Shown here: positions 47,082-56,975 of the stretch, piece after piece
Layout of the letters: every line of letters starts with the position of its first letter
Numbering within the stretch: position 1 is the first letter of the stretch
Source: Spirochaetia bacterium
Lineage (GTDB): Bacteria > Spirochaetota > Spirochaetia > DSM-2461
Reading direction: 5' to 3'
Assembly (NCBI GenBank): GCA_963668315.1
Contig: OY764216.1
Coordinates: 2,592,001-2,656,000 of the forward strand
Length of the DNA: 64,000 nt
Notes under the pieces: generated by a model
The model's database searches: none
The model's input: the letters and a program-made list of their open reading frames with translations, nothing else
Told to the model about the DNA's origin: nothing
Program-made: the position numbers and the translations under genes

Positions 47082-48311
47082 CACTTTTTCCCGGGGAAGA
47101 AAAATCCTCACTTTTCTCAGAACTCCCGTCAGATTCCTGACGGAGGGACCGCTGAAGAGAGATTCCGTTTCGGTAAAGGGAACGAACCGTCCCTCGGTGA
47201 GCAGGGGCAGATTCACTTCAAAGGAGATTTTCTCCGGCACATCGGCTATTACTTCTTCGGCGCTTATATCCATGCCGGCCCCGCGCAGGTCTGAGGCCAG
47301 AGACGCTTCAAATTCCACGCGGGACGGGAGTTTTTCGAGGCTCCGGTGAACGGGGTTGTCTTCGGAAAAGTCCTTCTCAAGGACCGCCTGGTAGGAGAGG
47401 GGATTTTCCGAGCGGATGATCAGGTTTTCCAGTTCCGGGAAGAGATCGCGCACCTTCAGACGGAAATCGTCATCGGTCAGCCCGTAAAGATCGGAACCCC
47501 GCAGCTCGCCCCTTTCCAGGGCCAGATAGAGGGCTTTCTTCACCAGGGCCGTGGAGATTCGCACGTCCCGGTGCCAGTAAACCGCCTTGTACATGAGATA
47601 TTTGGAAAAAAGTACATTCTCCACGGCCAGGGAACCCTTGGCGGACAGGGCTATGCCTCCGGGGGTGGGAATGATCTGGGACAGAACGAAATCGGTGTCC
47701 TGAACGCCGTAGGGAACGCCGCAGAAAAAGGCGTCCCTGTTCAGATAATCGAGCTTATCCGGATCCAGAACCCCCGAAAGAAGACTGCGGTAGAAAGCCA
47801 GCTCGGAACCGAAGCCGCTCAGAGCCATCTCCTGGTCGACTATCGCCGCGGTCAGTTCGGCAGAATTCCCCTCGTCCCCGGCGATGATCCTTCCGATAAC
47901 CCCTTCCCGTATTATCCGGCCGGAGAGCTGCTCATGATCCGTCAGGGGAAGTTCCTTGAGGGAGTGGGTATAGGGGAAATGGCCCAGGTCATGGAGTAGG
48001 GAGGCGTTCAGAAAAGCCTTCACCCCCGTCAGGGTCAGGTCCGGGCAGGCTTCGTGGGACACAATGCGGTGAATCAGCTTTCTGGCAATGTGGTAAACCC
48101 CCAGGCTGTGGTTGTAACGGGTGTGGGTGGCTCCGGGATAGACATAGACCGAGGGACCGAGCTGACGGATCCGTCCCAGTTTGCTGAAGTCCTCCGTTTG
48201 AATCAGCCGGCGCATGAAAGGGCTCAGGTAGATGTGCCCCCACAGGGGATCCCGTACGGGGTCGGTGAATTCATTGTTCAGATAGTTCAGTATGGATGTT
48301 CTTTCTTTCAT
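47043..48311 (-). CDS. HD-domain phosphohydrolase (YdhJ/SAMHD1-like)
   Basis: RDPLWG, RQLG, YPGATHTRYNHSLG, LLHDLGHFPYTH, DPDKLDYLNRD. Confidence 0.9.
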   Translation of the reverse strand: MKERTSILNYLNNEFTDPVRDPLWGHIYLSPFMRRLIQTEDFSKLGRIRQLGPSVYVYPGATHTRYNHSLGVYHIARKLIHRIVSHEACPDLTLTGVKAFLNASLLHDLGHFPYTHSLKELPLTDHEQLSGRIIREGVIGRIIAGDEGNSAELTAAIVDQEMALSGFGSELAFYRSLLSGVLDPDKLDYLNRDAFFCGVPYGVQDTDFVLSQIIPTPGGIALSAKGSLAVENVLFSKYLMYKAVYWHRDVRISTALVKKALYLALERGELRGSDLYGLTDDDFRLKVRDLFPELENLIIRSENPLSYQAVLEKDFSEDNPVHRSLEKLPSRVEFEASLASDLRGAGMDISAEEVIADVPEKISFEVNLPLLTEGRFVPFTETESLFSGPSVRNLTGVLRKVRIFLPREKVSDLEKVRQIVQI

Positions 48312-48420
48312 CGGGATAGTTCCTTTTCCGGAGCGGCCGGGGAAGGCCGGGGCCTGCCTGCTTTCCCCTCTTTTTCTCATAGAACGGAAAACCTTTCAAC
48401 CCCGGACCGGGCTTTCCCTT

Positions 48421-49947
48421 CTAATCGTACCTCACACCCCAAAGGGTTTCATTGCCGTCGGAGATAAGGGAGAAGGCCGTCACATCGTTTCCCGCCTCAT
48501 CCTTCTGTTTCAGAAGAACTCCGGTGAATAGTTCGCCGTCCAGGGTGACCGTGAAGGTTGCCGATTCTTTCTCATACTGCCAGCGGCCCAGGTTTTTTCC
48601 CTTCCGGTCCTCAATTCCCCCGCCCGCTTTGAAGAGCGTTTCCTCAGCCCCGTGGATAGCCGGGCCGATATCCGTCCCGTGATTTACCACGAAATAAAGG
48701 CCCCCCGCGCTCCGGGGGGAAAGGCCCACCGCAAGTTTCTCGGTACCCGTAAAGGAGAAGGGGGCTGCCGTGAGCCATCCGTCGGGAGTTCTGAAAAGAC
48801 GGCGGACCCGGGGTTCATGGTATTCCGAATTGTCGTCAAAACGGGTGTGGTGTACCAGATATATCTTATCTCCGTCTATCAGGGCGGAGTTGTGGCCGGG
48901 AGCCATATAGGGCATGAGCAGGCTGGGAAACATATAGTTGCCCATCATTTTTAATCCGTAGGGATAGTGAGAGGGCCTGGCCGGGTCGAGTTCCTCCCCC
49001 CGTCTGTCCACATAGGGGCCTTCCGGCGTTTCCGACCGGTAGAGCCTGATCTGGTATCCGCCGATACTCACCAGTGCCCCATAGGAGACAAAGAGATAGT
49101 AGTAGCCCGATTGCTCGTCATAGATGATATAGGGACCTTCCACCGAATTATGCCATCCTCCCGCCAGATGTCTTCCGAAGTAGGCATCGGTCCGGGTTAC
49201 CCCATTGTTTTCCCGATGGAGGGGATAGCCTGTCTCCTGGTCTATTTCCAGAAGAAAAATTCCCCCCGACCAGGAACCGTAGGTCATCCAGAGTCTCGCC
49301 TCCTCGTCATAAAAAAGGGCCGGGTCGATGGCGTTGGGCCAGCGGGTGTTCAGGTAGCCGCCGGAGGGGAAGTATCTTTCTGCCTGTCCCTTTCCGACGA
49401 TCTCTTCCACGTCGGTCTCCCCCAGAGTTCTTCCGGTGAAGCCGGAAGAGAGAATCCTGTCCACATAATGATAGGGTCCTTCCGCCGAATCGGAGAGGGC
49501 TAAGCAGATGTTCGACTTGATATAAGTGGAGGTGGTGCAGAAATACATCATATACTTGCCCGTTTTTCTGTTGTAGATCACATCGGGCGCCCAGACGGAA
49601 TACCCTCCCTGCTCGTTACGGCCGACGTAGTCAAAGGCCCTCAAGTCGGTAAACAGATTATCAAAAAGCGGGTTGCCTTTGGTGACGCCCGAGGCGATTC
49701 TTTTCCATTTTATCAGGTCCTCCGAAACGGCCGCTTCCATGTGGGAACCGAAAATGAAGTATTTCCCCTCCGCCTTGATTATAGAAGGGTCGTGGACGGA
49801 AACTCCCGCCATGTAGGAGGATCTTCTTATCTCCTCCCTCCCGGCGGGCCTGAATCCCCGGCAGGAGACAAGAAGCATTATTGTCATGAGCAGGACCATC
49901 GTCCCTGCCCGAAGGGGGATTTCGTTTCTCTGTTTCATAAAATCCAT
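48421..49947 (-). CDS. GH43 endo-arabinanase-like lipoprotein
   Basis: LLVSC lipobox, VSVHDPS, WAPDV, NAIDP, YGSWSGG, EGPYI, PGHNS. Confidence 0.85.
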   Translation of the reverse strand: MDFMKQRNEIPLRAGTMVLLMTIMLLVSCRGFRPAGREEIRRSSYMAGVSVHDPSIIKAEGKYFIFGSHMEAAVSEDLIKWKRIASGVTKGNPLFDNLFTDLRAFDYVGRNEQGGYSVWAPDVIYNRKTGKYMMYFCTTSTYIKSNICLALSDSAEGPYHYVDRILSSGFTGRTLGETDVEEIVGKGQAERYFPSGGYLNTRWPNAIDPALFYDEEARLWMTYGSWSGGIFLLEIDQETGYPLHRENNGVTRTDAYFGRHLAGGWHNSVEGPYIIYDEQSGYYYLFVSYGALVSIGGYQIRLYRSETPEGPYVDRRGEELDPARPSHYPYGLKMMGNYMFPSLLMPYMAPGHNSALIDGDKIYLVHHTRFDDNSEYHEPRVRRLFRTPDGWLTAAPFSFTGTEKLAVGLSPRSAGGLYFVVNHGTDIGPAIHGAEETLFKAGGGIEDRKGKNLGRWQYEKESATFTVTLDGELFTGVLLKQKDEAGNDVTAFSLISDGNETLWGVRYD

Positions 49948-49982
49948 CCTGAGGGGCCTCTCGCCCGGCCCCGGTCGGGGAA

Positions 49983-50936
49983 TCAGTCCTCACTGACCGG
50001 AATTCCGAAAACGGGTCTGCCCGTTCCGTCCCAGAAAATTTTCTGCATTCTCGTATGCCGGTTTCTGTCCTCCAGGGGATCCCCTTTGATCCCGCGGTAG
50101 TTCCGGGCATGGTAGACAAGAATATCGGTTTTTCCGTCTTCGGTGAGGGTGAAACAGCTGTGCCCGGGCCCGTAGATGCCCGTTTCATCGGAGGATTGGA
50201 AGACGGGGACGGGACTCTTCTCCCAGGTGTTCCGGTCTAGAAGATCTCCCTCCTCCGGAGCGGTCAGGAGCCCCATGCAGTAGTTATGGTCCGTGCCGCT
50301 GGCCGAATAGGTCAGGAATATTCTTCCGTTCCTTATCAGAACGGCCGGCCCTTCATTCACATCGAAGAGCTGCTTTTCCCAGTCGAATTCGGGAGCGCTG
50401 AGCAGGACGGGCTTGCTCTTCAGTGTCCAGGGATCGGCCATTTCGCCGATATAGAGATTGCTGATCATGGGAGTAGCGGAAGGCTTCTGGGCCCAGACGA
50501 GATATCTTTTGCCCCGACACTCAAAGGTGGTGGCATCCAGGGTAAACGTCGTATCCCCCGTCTCTATTTCCCCCTTTTCCCTCCAGTTTCCTTCCAGGGG
50601 ATCGGCCGATTCATTTTCCAGGACGTATTTTCTGATATGCCAGACATCTTCCGAATCTCCAGCGGCGAAGTAGATATACCATTTCCCCCCGATAAAGTGG
50701 ATTTCCGGCGCCCAGATATGGGACCCCAGCTCTCCTCTCTCTCTTTTTCTCCAGATCACTTTCGCCTGTGCCTCCGCCAGACCCGCCAGGGTAGGGCTCT
50801 TTCTAAGCTCGATCAGATCGTATTCGGGGACAGTGGCCGTAAAGTAGTAGAATCCGTCTTCATGTCTGAAGATCCAGGGATCGGCTCTGTAGGGGATAAA
50901 GGGATTGGCGATCCCGGCAATTTTCTGGTTTTCCAT
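49983..50936 (-). CDS. GH43 alpha-L-arabinofuranosidase
   Basis: RADPW, HIWAPEIH, LDATTF, VNEGP, YGPGH, YHAR. Confidence 0.88.
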   Translation of the reverse strand: MENQKIAGIANPFIPYRADPWIFRHEDGFYYFTATVPEYDLIELRKSPTLAGLAEAQAKVIWRKRERGELGSHIWAPEIHFIGGKWYIYFAAGDSEDVWHIRKYVLENESADPLEGNWREKGEIETGDTTFTLDATTFECRGKRYLVWAQKPSATPMISNLYIGEMADPWTLKSKPVLLSAPEFDWEKQLFDVNEGPAVLIRNGRIFLTYSASGTDHNYCMGLLTAPEEGDLLDRNTWEKSPVPVFQSSDETGIYGPGHSCFTLTEDGKTDILVYHARNYRGIKGDPLEDRNRHTRMQKIFWDGTGRPVFGIPVSED

Positions 50937-51081
50937 TATATCTTCCTTTTCTATGCGTAATTATAGTCCCAATTAGGGGGGATGGGGAGGCGGAAACATT
51001 TGTTATACGCTTTTTTCTGTTTTTTTTTCAGAGAAGGATGGCGGCTGTATCCTCTCTCTGAAAATATGATATAGTTCGCCT

Positions 51082-51879
51082 ATGAATATTTTCAAATGTT
51101 TTCCCCAGGGGAAATTCAAAGTACTCACTTTGAGTTATGACGACGGTAAGGAAGCTGACAGAAGGCTTGTCTCCCTTTTCAACGAGTACGGGCTCAAGGG
51201 AACATTTCATCTGAACTCCGGACTTTTCAGCACTCCCGAAAGAATCCCCGAAGGGGAGATCGGCTCTCTCTATGAAGGCCATGAGATTTCTGCCCACACA
51301 CTGACCCATCCCACTATCGGCAGGTCTCCCCGGGAGGAGCTTGTCAGGCAGGTGATGGAAGACAGGAAAAATCTGGAGCGTCTCGCCGGGTATCCGGTCA
51401 GAGGATTGTCCTATCCCAACGGCTCCTACAACAGGGAAATCATCGGGACCCTTCCCGCCCTTGGCATCGAATATGCCCGGACGGTCAGAAGCACGGGGGA
51501 ATTCGGATTTCCCGACAATTTTCTTGAATGGCATCCCACCTGCCATCATAATGAAAATCTTCTTGAGCTGACCGATGACTTCGTCAGTCTCTATAAATCC
51601 CAGTATCTCTACATGATGTACGTCTGGGGACACAGTTATGAATTCGACAGGGATGATAACTGGAATCTCATGGAGGAATTCTGCAGACGGGCCGGACGGC
51701 GGGATGACATATGGTATGCCACCAACCTTGAGATTGTCGATTATTTCACCGTTCTGAACAATTTGAAATTCAGCGTGGATTTGTCCTTTGTCCAGAATCC
51801 TTCCGCCCGAAGCGCCTGGCTGGCCGAAGGGGAGAGAGTCATTGAGATACCCGGAGGAGAGCTGGTCGCCCTCTCGTAG
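51082..51879 (+). CDS. Polysaccharide deacetylase (CE4)
   Basis: LSYDDG, HEISAHTLTHP, SYPNG, WGHSYEF. Confidence 0.9.
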   Translation: MNIFKCFPQGKFKVLTLSYDDGKEADRRLVSLFNEYGLKGTFHLNSGLFSTPERIPEGEIGSLYEGHEISAHTLTHPTIGRSPREELVRQVMEDRKNLERLAGYPVRGLSYPNGSYNREIIGTLPALGIEYARTVRSTGEFGFPDNFLEWHPTCHHNENLLELTDDFVSLYKSQYLYMMYVWGHSYEFDRDDNWNLMEEFCRRAGRRDDIWYATNLEIVDYFTVLNNLKFSVDLSFVQNPSARSAWLAEGERVIEIPGGELVALS

Positions 51880-51890
51880 AAAGGGACCCC

Positions 51891-53012
51891 TCAGATCTGA
51901 TTGATAAAATCCTGTATGTAGTAGAGGCAGGCCCCCACGGGTACGGAGTCGCCGGGATACCGGCTTATGGTAATAAAATGTTCCGTATCAATGAAAGGGG
52001 AATCGGTTTTTGAAAGGACCTTCAGCTTCTCCAGATCCTCTTCATTCACGTACTGGGCCAGTTCCCCGCCCAGTATGATGATCCTGTCCAGCAGGATGTG
52101 GAGACTGCTCATGGCATCGGCCGATTTTTTCAGGTATTCGTTCCAGCGGTCCATGTGGCCGGCAGATCCCCCCCTGAGGGCTTCAAAAAAATCGCCCGTT
52201 TTCTCCTCGTCATTGAGGAGGGCGCTGATGGAGCAGTACGTTTCGATACAGCCGCTTTTTCCGCAATAGCATTTTCTGCCGTTGGGAACGAGCTGCATGT
52301 GCTCCGCCGCTCCGCAATGGCCGTTGTCGCCCATGAGGATCTGACCGTTGGTGATCATCGCCCCGCCCAGATGGTTCCCCACCGAAAGGTAGAGGGCATT
52401 CTTCAGGCCTCCCGCGAACCAGAGTTCCGTGGTGGCGGCGCATTTGGCATCATGGAAAAAGGAGCAGTGGTAGTTGAGATGGCGGGAGAAGGCGGAAATA
52501 TTCAGCCCCGTATAACCCAGGGTTTTCCCGTAGGTGATGGTCGTGTTATCCACGGACGTCAGCCCTTCCACGGCAAATCCGACGCCCAGGATCTGATCGG
52601 AAAGATAATTACCCTCCAGGATGTAGTCCTTTACTTTATAGGCCACTTCCCTGTAGTAATCATCTTCGTCGGCATAGATCAGATCGTGATCGACCGTAAT
52701 GCCGATATTTCCCGTCAGATCAACGCAGAGAATACGGATTCTCTTCTGCAGGACCTTAACGCCGATGGCGATACGGGCCCTGGCGTTGATCGTATAGGCC
52801 ACGGCTCTTCTTCCGACGGATGATTCGAAATGGCCGTCCTTTCTTATCAGTCCCTGTTCTTCCAGTTTGACAAGTTTCTGCGTTACCGTGGGGAGACTTA
52901 ACCCGAGCTGACCGGCTATCTCCTGTTTGGATATCTTTCCGGAATGATAAATCAGCTTATAAATCTGCGAGAGATTGTTCTTTTTTATGTCCGTAACGGT
53001 AATGTTTTTCAT
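51891..53012 (-). CDS. ROK family transcriptional regulator
   Basis: N-terminal HTH (ISKQEIA..LSLPTV, SVGRR), CYCGKSGCIETYCS. Confidence 0.9.
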   Translation of the reverse strand: MKNITVTDIKKNNLSQIYKLIYHSGKISKQEIAGQLGLSLPTVTQKLVKLEEQGLIRKDGHFESSVGRRAVAYTINARARIAIGVKVLQKRIRILCVDLTGNIGITVDHDLIYADEDDYYREVAYKVKDYILEGNYLSDQILGVGFAVEGLTSVDNTTITYGKTLGYTGLNISAFSRHLNYHCSFFHDAKCAATTELWFAGGLKNALYLSVGNHLGGAMITNGQILMGDNGHCGAAEHMQLVPNGRKCYCGKSGCIETYCSISALLNDEEKTGDFFEALRGGSAGHMDRWNEYLKKSADAMSSLHILLDRIIILGGELAQYVNEEDLEKLKVLSKTDSPFIDTEHFITISRYPGDSVPVGACLYYIQDFINQI

Positions 53013-53114
53013 AGTAAGCAGTTAATAACCGGGAAAGGTTTTTCTCTCTATCTCTATTTTTACAAAAAATATCACAATATGAAAAAATATAAAAGAAGAA
53101 ATTGTCTAAACCTC

Positions 53115-53155
53115 CGGGAATTTCCCCCAAAACACAGTGTCTGGGGGAAATCCCG
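53115..53155 (-). terminator. Stem-loop downstream of the SDR gene
   Basis: CGGGA-TTTCCCCCA / TGGGGGAAA-TCCCG inverted repeat. Confidence 0.6.
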
Positions 53156-53156
53156 T

Positions 53157-53933
53157 TTAAATGCAGGTAAAGGCGCCGTCCACGATAAAGTCGGAACCGG
53201 TGGTAAATGAGCTGGCATCGCCCGCAAGATAGACGGCGATAGCCTGCAGCTCTTCGGGGCTGCCGAGCCTTTTCATGGGACTCATCTCTTCCCATTTGGC
53301 GATAAGGGGCTTGAGGCTTTCCGAGCTGGTTATCAGTTCGGTGGCCATATAGCCGGGGCTGAGGCTGTTCACCCGTACACCGCGGGTGGCGAACTCTACG
53401 GCCATGGATTTGGTAAGTTGCATGACCCCCGCCTTGGATGCGTTGTAGGAACACTGGGGCTGGGGGACATTCACAATGGTGCCCGACATGGACGCGGTGT
53501 TGATGATAGAGCCGAAGCCCTGTTTGAGCATCTGCCGGGCAGCCGCCTGGGCGGTGAGAAACACTCCGGTGAGATTGATATCTATCACCTTTTTCCACTG
53601 CTCCAGAGTCATATCCTCGCAGGGGATATTCATACAGATACCCGCATTGCAGAAGGCCGCATCCAGTTTGCCGAAGGTCTTCAGAATGGTTTCCATCATC
53701 ATTTCCACATCTTCCGGTTTGGTGGCATCCGCCTTGATCGCTACGGTCTGCACGGCCAGATTCCCGGCGATCATATCGCTGGTTCTCTCGGCTTCGTCAA
53801 TATCTATGTCCACTATGGCCACATTGCTGCCTGCCTCGGCCAGGGCGATGGCTATCTGTTTTCCTATTCCTCTGGCTCCTCCGGTAACAAAAGAGGCTTT
53901 GCCGTCCAATCTCATTTTTTCAATTATACCCAT
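53157..53933 (-). CDS. SDR oxidoreductase, polyol (arabinitol/sorbose/L-xylulose reductase-like) subgroup
   Basis: TGGARGIG, NAG, TASMSGTIVNVPQPQCSYNASK. Confidence 0.85.
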   Translation of the reverse strand: MGIIEKMRLDGKASFVTGGARGIGKQIAIALAEAGSNVAIVDIDIDEAERTSDMIAGNLAVQTVAIKADATKPEDVEMMMETILKTFGKLDAAFCNAGICMNIPCEDMTLEQWKKVIDINLTGVFLTAQAAARQMLKQGFGSIINTASMSGTIVNVPQPQCSYNASKAGVMQLTKSMAVEFATRGVRVNSLSPGYMATELITSSESLKPLIAKWEEMSPMKRLGSPEELQAIAVYLAGDASSFTTGSDFIVDGAFTCI

Positions 53934-53960
53934 ATGTTTTCTCCTTTATCCTGTGAAAAT

Positions 53961-54021
53961 AAAAAGTAAAGTAGTTTTATAAATATGCATTCATAATAGT
54001 TCTCCTTTTCCTCTATGTCAA
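53961..54021 (-). promoter_or_regulatory. Sigma-70 promoter and putative ROK operator of the SDR gene
   Basis: TTGACA-17-TATTAT (54021-53993), followed by TTTATAAAACTACTTTAC. Confidence 0.6.
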
Positions 54022-54135
54022 TGGAAAAGTATTTTTAAATAGATAAATAAATATCGGAATAAGACGCTGTAACTATATATGATAGGGAAAAATAGAATGA
54101 ATACTACGATAAATTGTCAAATGGGAAAGTTTTTC

Positions 54136-54190
54136 TTGACAACTCGAAAAAATGGCCGTAGCATAGGTTTTGTTAAATCGCTTTACAAAA
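54136..54190 (+). promoter_or_regulatory. Sigma-70 promoter and palindromic putative ROK operator of the ABC operon
   Basis: TTGACA-17-TAGCAT, then TTTTGTTAAATCGCTTTACAAAA (54168-54190). Confidence 0.65.
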
Positions 54191-54411
54191 GTAGTTTCGT
54201 AAATAATATTCATTAAATAAAAATTGGGGAGGTTTATTCGTATTTAAAAAAGGAAGCGTGTAAAAGGAAGATCGGTTTTGGTTTTCCCGCTGACCAGGCG
54301 TCTGTATCCGGGCGGCGGTTAAGGGAAAGGCAAGAGAAAGTTAGGAAAGTAAATTAAGGGAAAAGGAGAGGAATCGGATGATCAGCCTTTCCCGGAAAAT
54401 CGGAGGATAAA

Positions 54412-55377
54412 ATGAAAAAAATGATTATTGTATTGATGGCCGCTTTTATGGGCCTGGGGCTTTTTGCCAACGGTGCCGCCGAAGATGACGGCGTCATGAG
54501 AGTGGGTATTACCATTCAGTCCCTGGAAAACAGCTACTGGGCCGGTGTCTTCGGAGAGGTGGAAGCGATAATGGACGCCAAGGGCTGGGACTATACCATT
54601 CTGAGCTGCAAGGACAATTCGGCTACCCAGATCCAGCAGATAGAGAATTTCATTACCAATCAGGTTGATCTCATCATGGTTCATCCTTCCGATCCCAACG
54701 CTCTGGAAGATTATCTGGCCGCCGCCCGGGAGCAGGGTATCAAAGTTATGTGCTGGGATGACAAGATGACCAATACGGACGTTAACTGGGTTCTGGACAA
54801 TACCGAACTGGGATATACCATCGGAAGCGCCGCCGCCGAATTTGTCAACGATCATTACTCCGCTTCATCCAAAGCGCAGATCGCCGTTATGAACTATCCC
54901 CAGACTCCCATCCTTCTGGAGCGGGAAACGGGTATCCTGGCCGCTCTGAAAGATAAGGCCGCCGGAAAATACGAAGTCGTGGCCCAGCAGCCCGCCCTCG
55001 ATGCAGCTACCGCCCTTTCACATATGGAATCCATCTTCCAGGCCTATCCCGATACAAAAGTCGTCTGTTCCATCGGAGCCGGCGGTGACATCGGTGCCAA
55101 CGAAGCGTATATGTCCAAGCTGGGCGGCAAAATCCCCGCCGACGTGGGTATCTTCTCCGCCGACGCTACCCAGCAGCAGCTCGAGGCTATCGTCAACGGT
55201 GAAGCGTCAAGAGCTTCGGTCGGTTTCGAAGGGTCCAACAAAAAGACCGCCGAAGCCTGTGTCGCCCTGTATGAAAAGCTTATGAACGGCGAAACCTTTG
55301 CGGATCAGAATATTTTCAGACCCCTTCTGGTTATCAATGCCGATAACGCCGCCGAGTATCTGGCCGACTACAAATAA
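54412..55377 (+). CDS. Monosaccharide/polyol ABC substrate-binding protein (RbsB-like)
   Basis: Signal peptide; QIQQIENFI..VDLIMVHP; GGAGG RBS. Confidence 0.88.
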   Translation: MKKMIIVLMAAFMGLGLFANGAAEDDGVMRVGITIQSLENSYWAGVFGEVEAIMDAKGWDYTILSCKDNSATQIQQIENFITNQVDLIMVHPSDPNALEDYLAAAREQGIKVMCWDDKMTNTDVNWVLDNTELGYTIGSAAAEFVNDHYSASSKAQIAVMNYPQTPILLERETGILAALKDKAAGKYEVVAQQPALDAATALSHMESIFQAYPDTKVVCSIGAGGDIGANEAYMSKLGGKIPADVGIFSADATQQQLEAIVNGEASRASVGFEGSNKKTAEACVALYEKLMNGETFADQNIFRPLLVINADNAAEYLADYK

Positions 55378-55400
55378 ACCGGAGGATTTGCGGTACTGTG

Positions 55401-55437
55401 AAGACGGCCGCTGTGTGTGATGCAGCGGCCGTTTCTT
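55401..55437 (+). other. Intercistronic stem-loop after the binding-protein gene
   Basis: ACGGCCGCTG / CAGCGGCCGT inverted repeat. Confidence 0.6.
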
Positions 55438-55454
55438 ATTTAACGGAGAAAGCC

Positions 55455-56975
55455 ATGAGTGACGATTATATATTGCAGTTAAAAAACATAAGGAAGGAGT
55501 ATCCCGGCGTTGTGGCCCTTAAGGATGTTACCCTGGAAGTTCGGCCGGGGGAGATTCTGGGGCTGATAGGGGAAAACGGGGCAGGAAAATCCACTCTTAT
55601 CAAGACCTGTTCCGGCGCGGTTATCCCCACTTCGGGAAAAATCGTGGTGAACGGAAAGGAGTTCTCCTCCATGAGCCCCCAGCTGGCCAAGGAGAACGGG
55701 ATAGCCATCATCTATCAGGAATTCAATAACGTGGGCGAGCTGTCCGCCGCGGAAAACCTTTTTCTGGGGAATCCCATCAGAAAGGGACTTGTTATCGACA
55801 GGAAGGCGATGGAGAGGGAAGCGGAGAAAGCCTTCGCCCAGCTGAACATCAGGATAGATCCGAAGGCCCTGGTGAAAAACCTCACCGTCGGCTATCAGCA
55901 GATGATCGAAATCGCCAAAGCCATTCAGCAGAACGCCAAAGTGCTGATTATGGACGAGCCCTCCGCGCCCCTGACCAACTCAGAGGTTCAGAGCCTCTTC
56001 AAGGTCTGCGAACTTTTGAAATCCAAGGGGGTCTCCATCGTCTACATATCCCATAGACTGGAGGAGATTTTCCATCTGACCAGCCGTATCGTCGTCTTGC
56101 GGGATGGAAATTACATCGATACCCTGATTACGGCCGAAAGCAGTGTGGACGAGCTGATCAAGCTGATGGTGGGACGGGAGCTGAAGGATACTTTCCCTCC
56201 CCGGAAGCCCTTTGACTACGAAAAAGAGAGCGAGGTCCTGTTCGAGGCCAGGAATGTATCGGGGAACGGCGACAGAAACATCAATCTGAAAATCAGAAAA
56301 GGAGAAGTCCTCGGGCTCGGGGGCCTCGTCGGGGCGGGCCGGACGGAGCTGGCCCAGATGATCTTCGGCGATGTGCAGAAAACGGAGGGTCAGTTTTTCC
56401 TGAAGGGGAAGGAGATCCATCCTAAATCCCCCCGGGACGCCATCGATCTGGGAATCGCCCTGGTTCCGGAGGACAGAAAGCGGCACGGCGCCCTTCTGGG
56501 AATATCCGTGAAAAACAATATCAACATGCCCATCTACAAGAGCATCTCCCGTTTTTCCGTCATCGATGAGAAGAAGGAGAGGGAGGTGACGGAAAAATAC
56601 AAGGACGAGCTGATTATTAAAACGCCCACCATCCATCAGAATGTGAAGAATCTGAGCGGGGGAAATCAGCAGAAGGTCATTCTGGGGAAATGGCTGGCCG
56701 CCGATTCGGAACTCATCCTTCTCGATGAACCTACGAGAGGTATAGACGTGGGGGCCAAATTCGAAATCTATAAGCTGATCAACCAGCTGGTGGAGACCGG
56801 AAAAACGGTTCTGCTCATCTCTTCGGAGATGGAAGAGCTGATTGGTATGTCAGACCGGATTGTCGTGTTCGCCGAAGGAAGGATTACGGGCGAATTGAAG
56901 AGAGAAGAATTTGAACAGCATCTGATACTGAAGATGGCATCGGATATTCAGGAGGATAAAAAAAGTGAAAAGTAG
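55455..56975 (+). CDS. Sugar ABC ATP-binding protein (RbsA/MglA-like, two domains)
   Basis: GENGAGKST, MDEPS, YISHR, LSGGNQQK, DEPTRGIDVG. Confidence 0.95.
   Translation: MSDDYILQLKNIRKEYPGVVALKDVTLEVRPGEILGLIGENGAGKSTLIKTCSGAVIPTSGKIVVNGKEFSSMSPQLAKENGIAIIYQEFNNVGELSAAENLFLGNPIRKGLVIDRKAMEREAEKAFAQLNIRIDPKALVKNLTVGYQQMIEIAKAIQQNAKVLIMDEPSAPLTNSEVQSLFKVCELLKSKGVSIVYISHRLEEIFHLTSRIVVLRDGNYIDTLITAESSVDELIKLMVGRELKDTFPPRKPFDYEKESEVLFEARNVSGNGDRNINLKIRKGEVLGLGGLVGAGRTELAQMIFGDVQKTEGQFFLKGKEIHPKSPRDAIDLGIALVPEDRKRHGALLGISVKNNINMPIYKSISRFSVIDEKKEREVTEKYKDELIIKTPTIHQNVKNLSGGNQQKVILGKWLAADSELILLDEPTRGIDVGAKFEIYKLINQLVETGKTVLLISSEMEELIGMSDRIVVFAEGRITGELKREEFEQHLILKMASDIQEDKKSEK

Noticed and set aside
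47043..48311. HD protein as an anti-phage dNTPase
   Set aside because: It matches the widespread housekeeping YdhJ-like type, and no defence or mobile genes are nearby.
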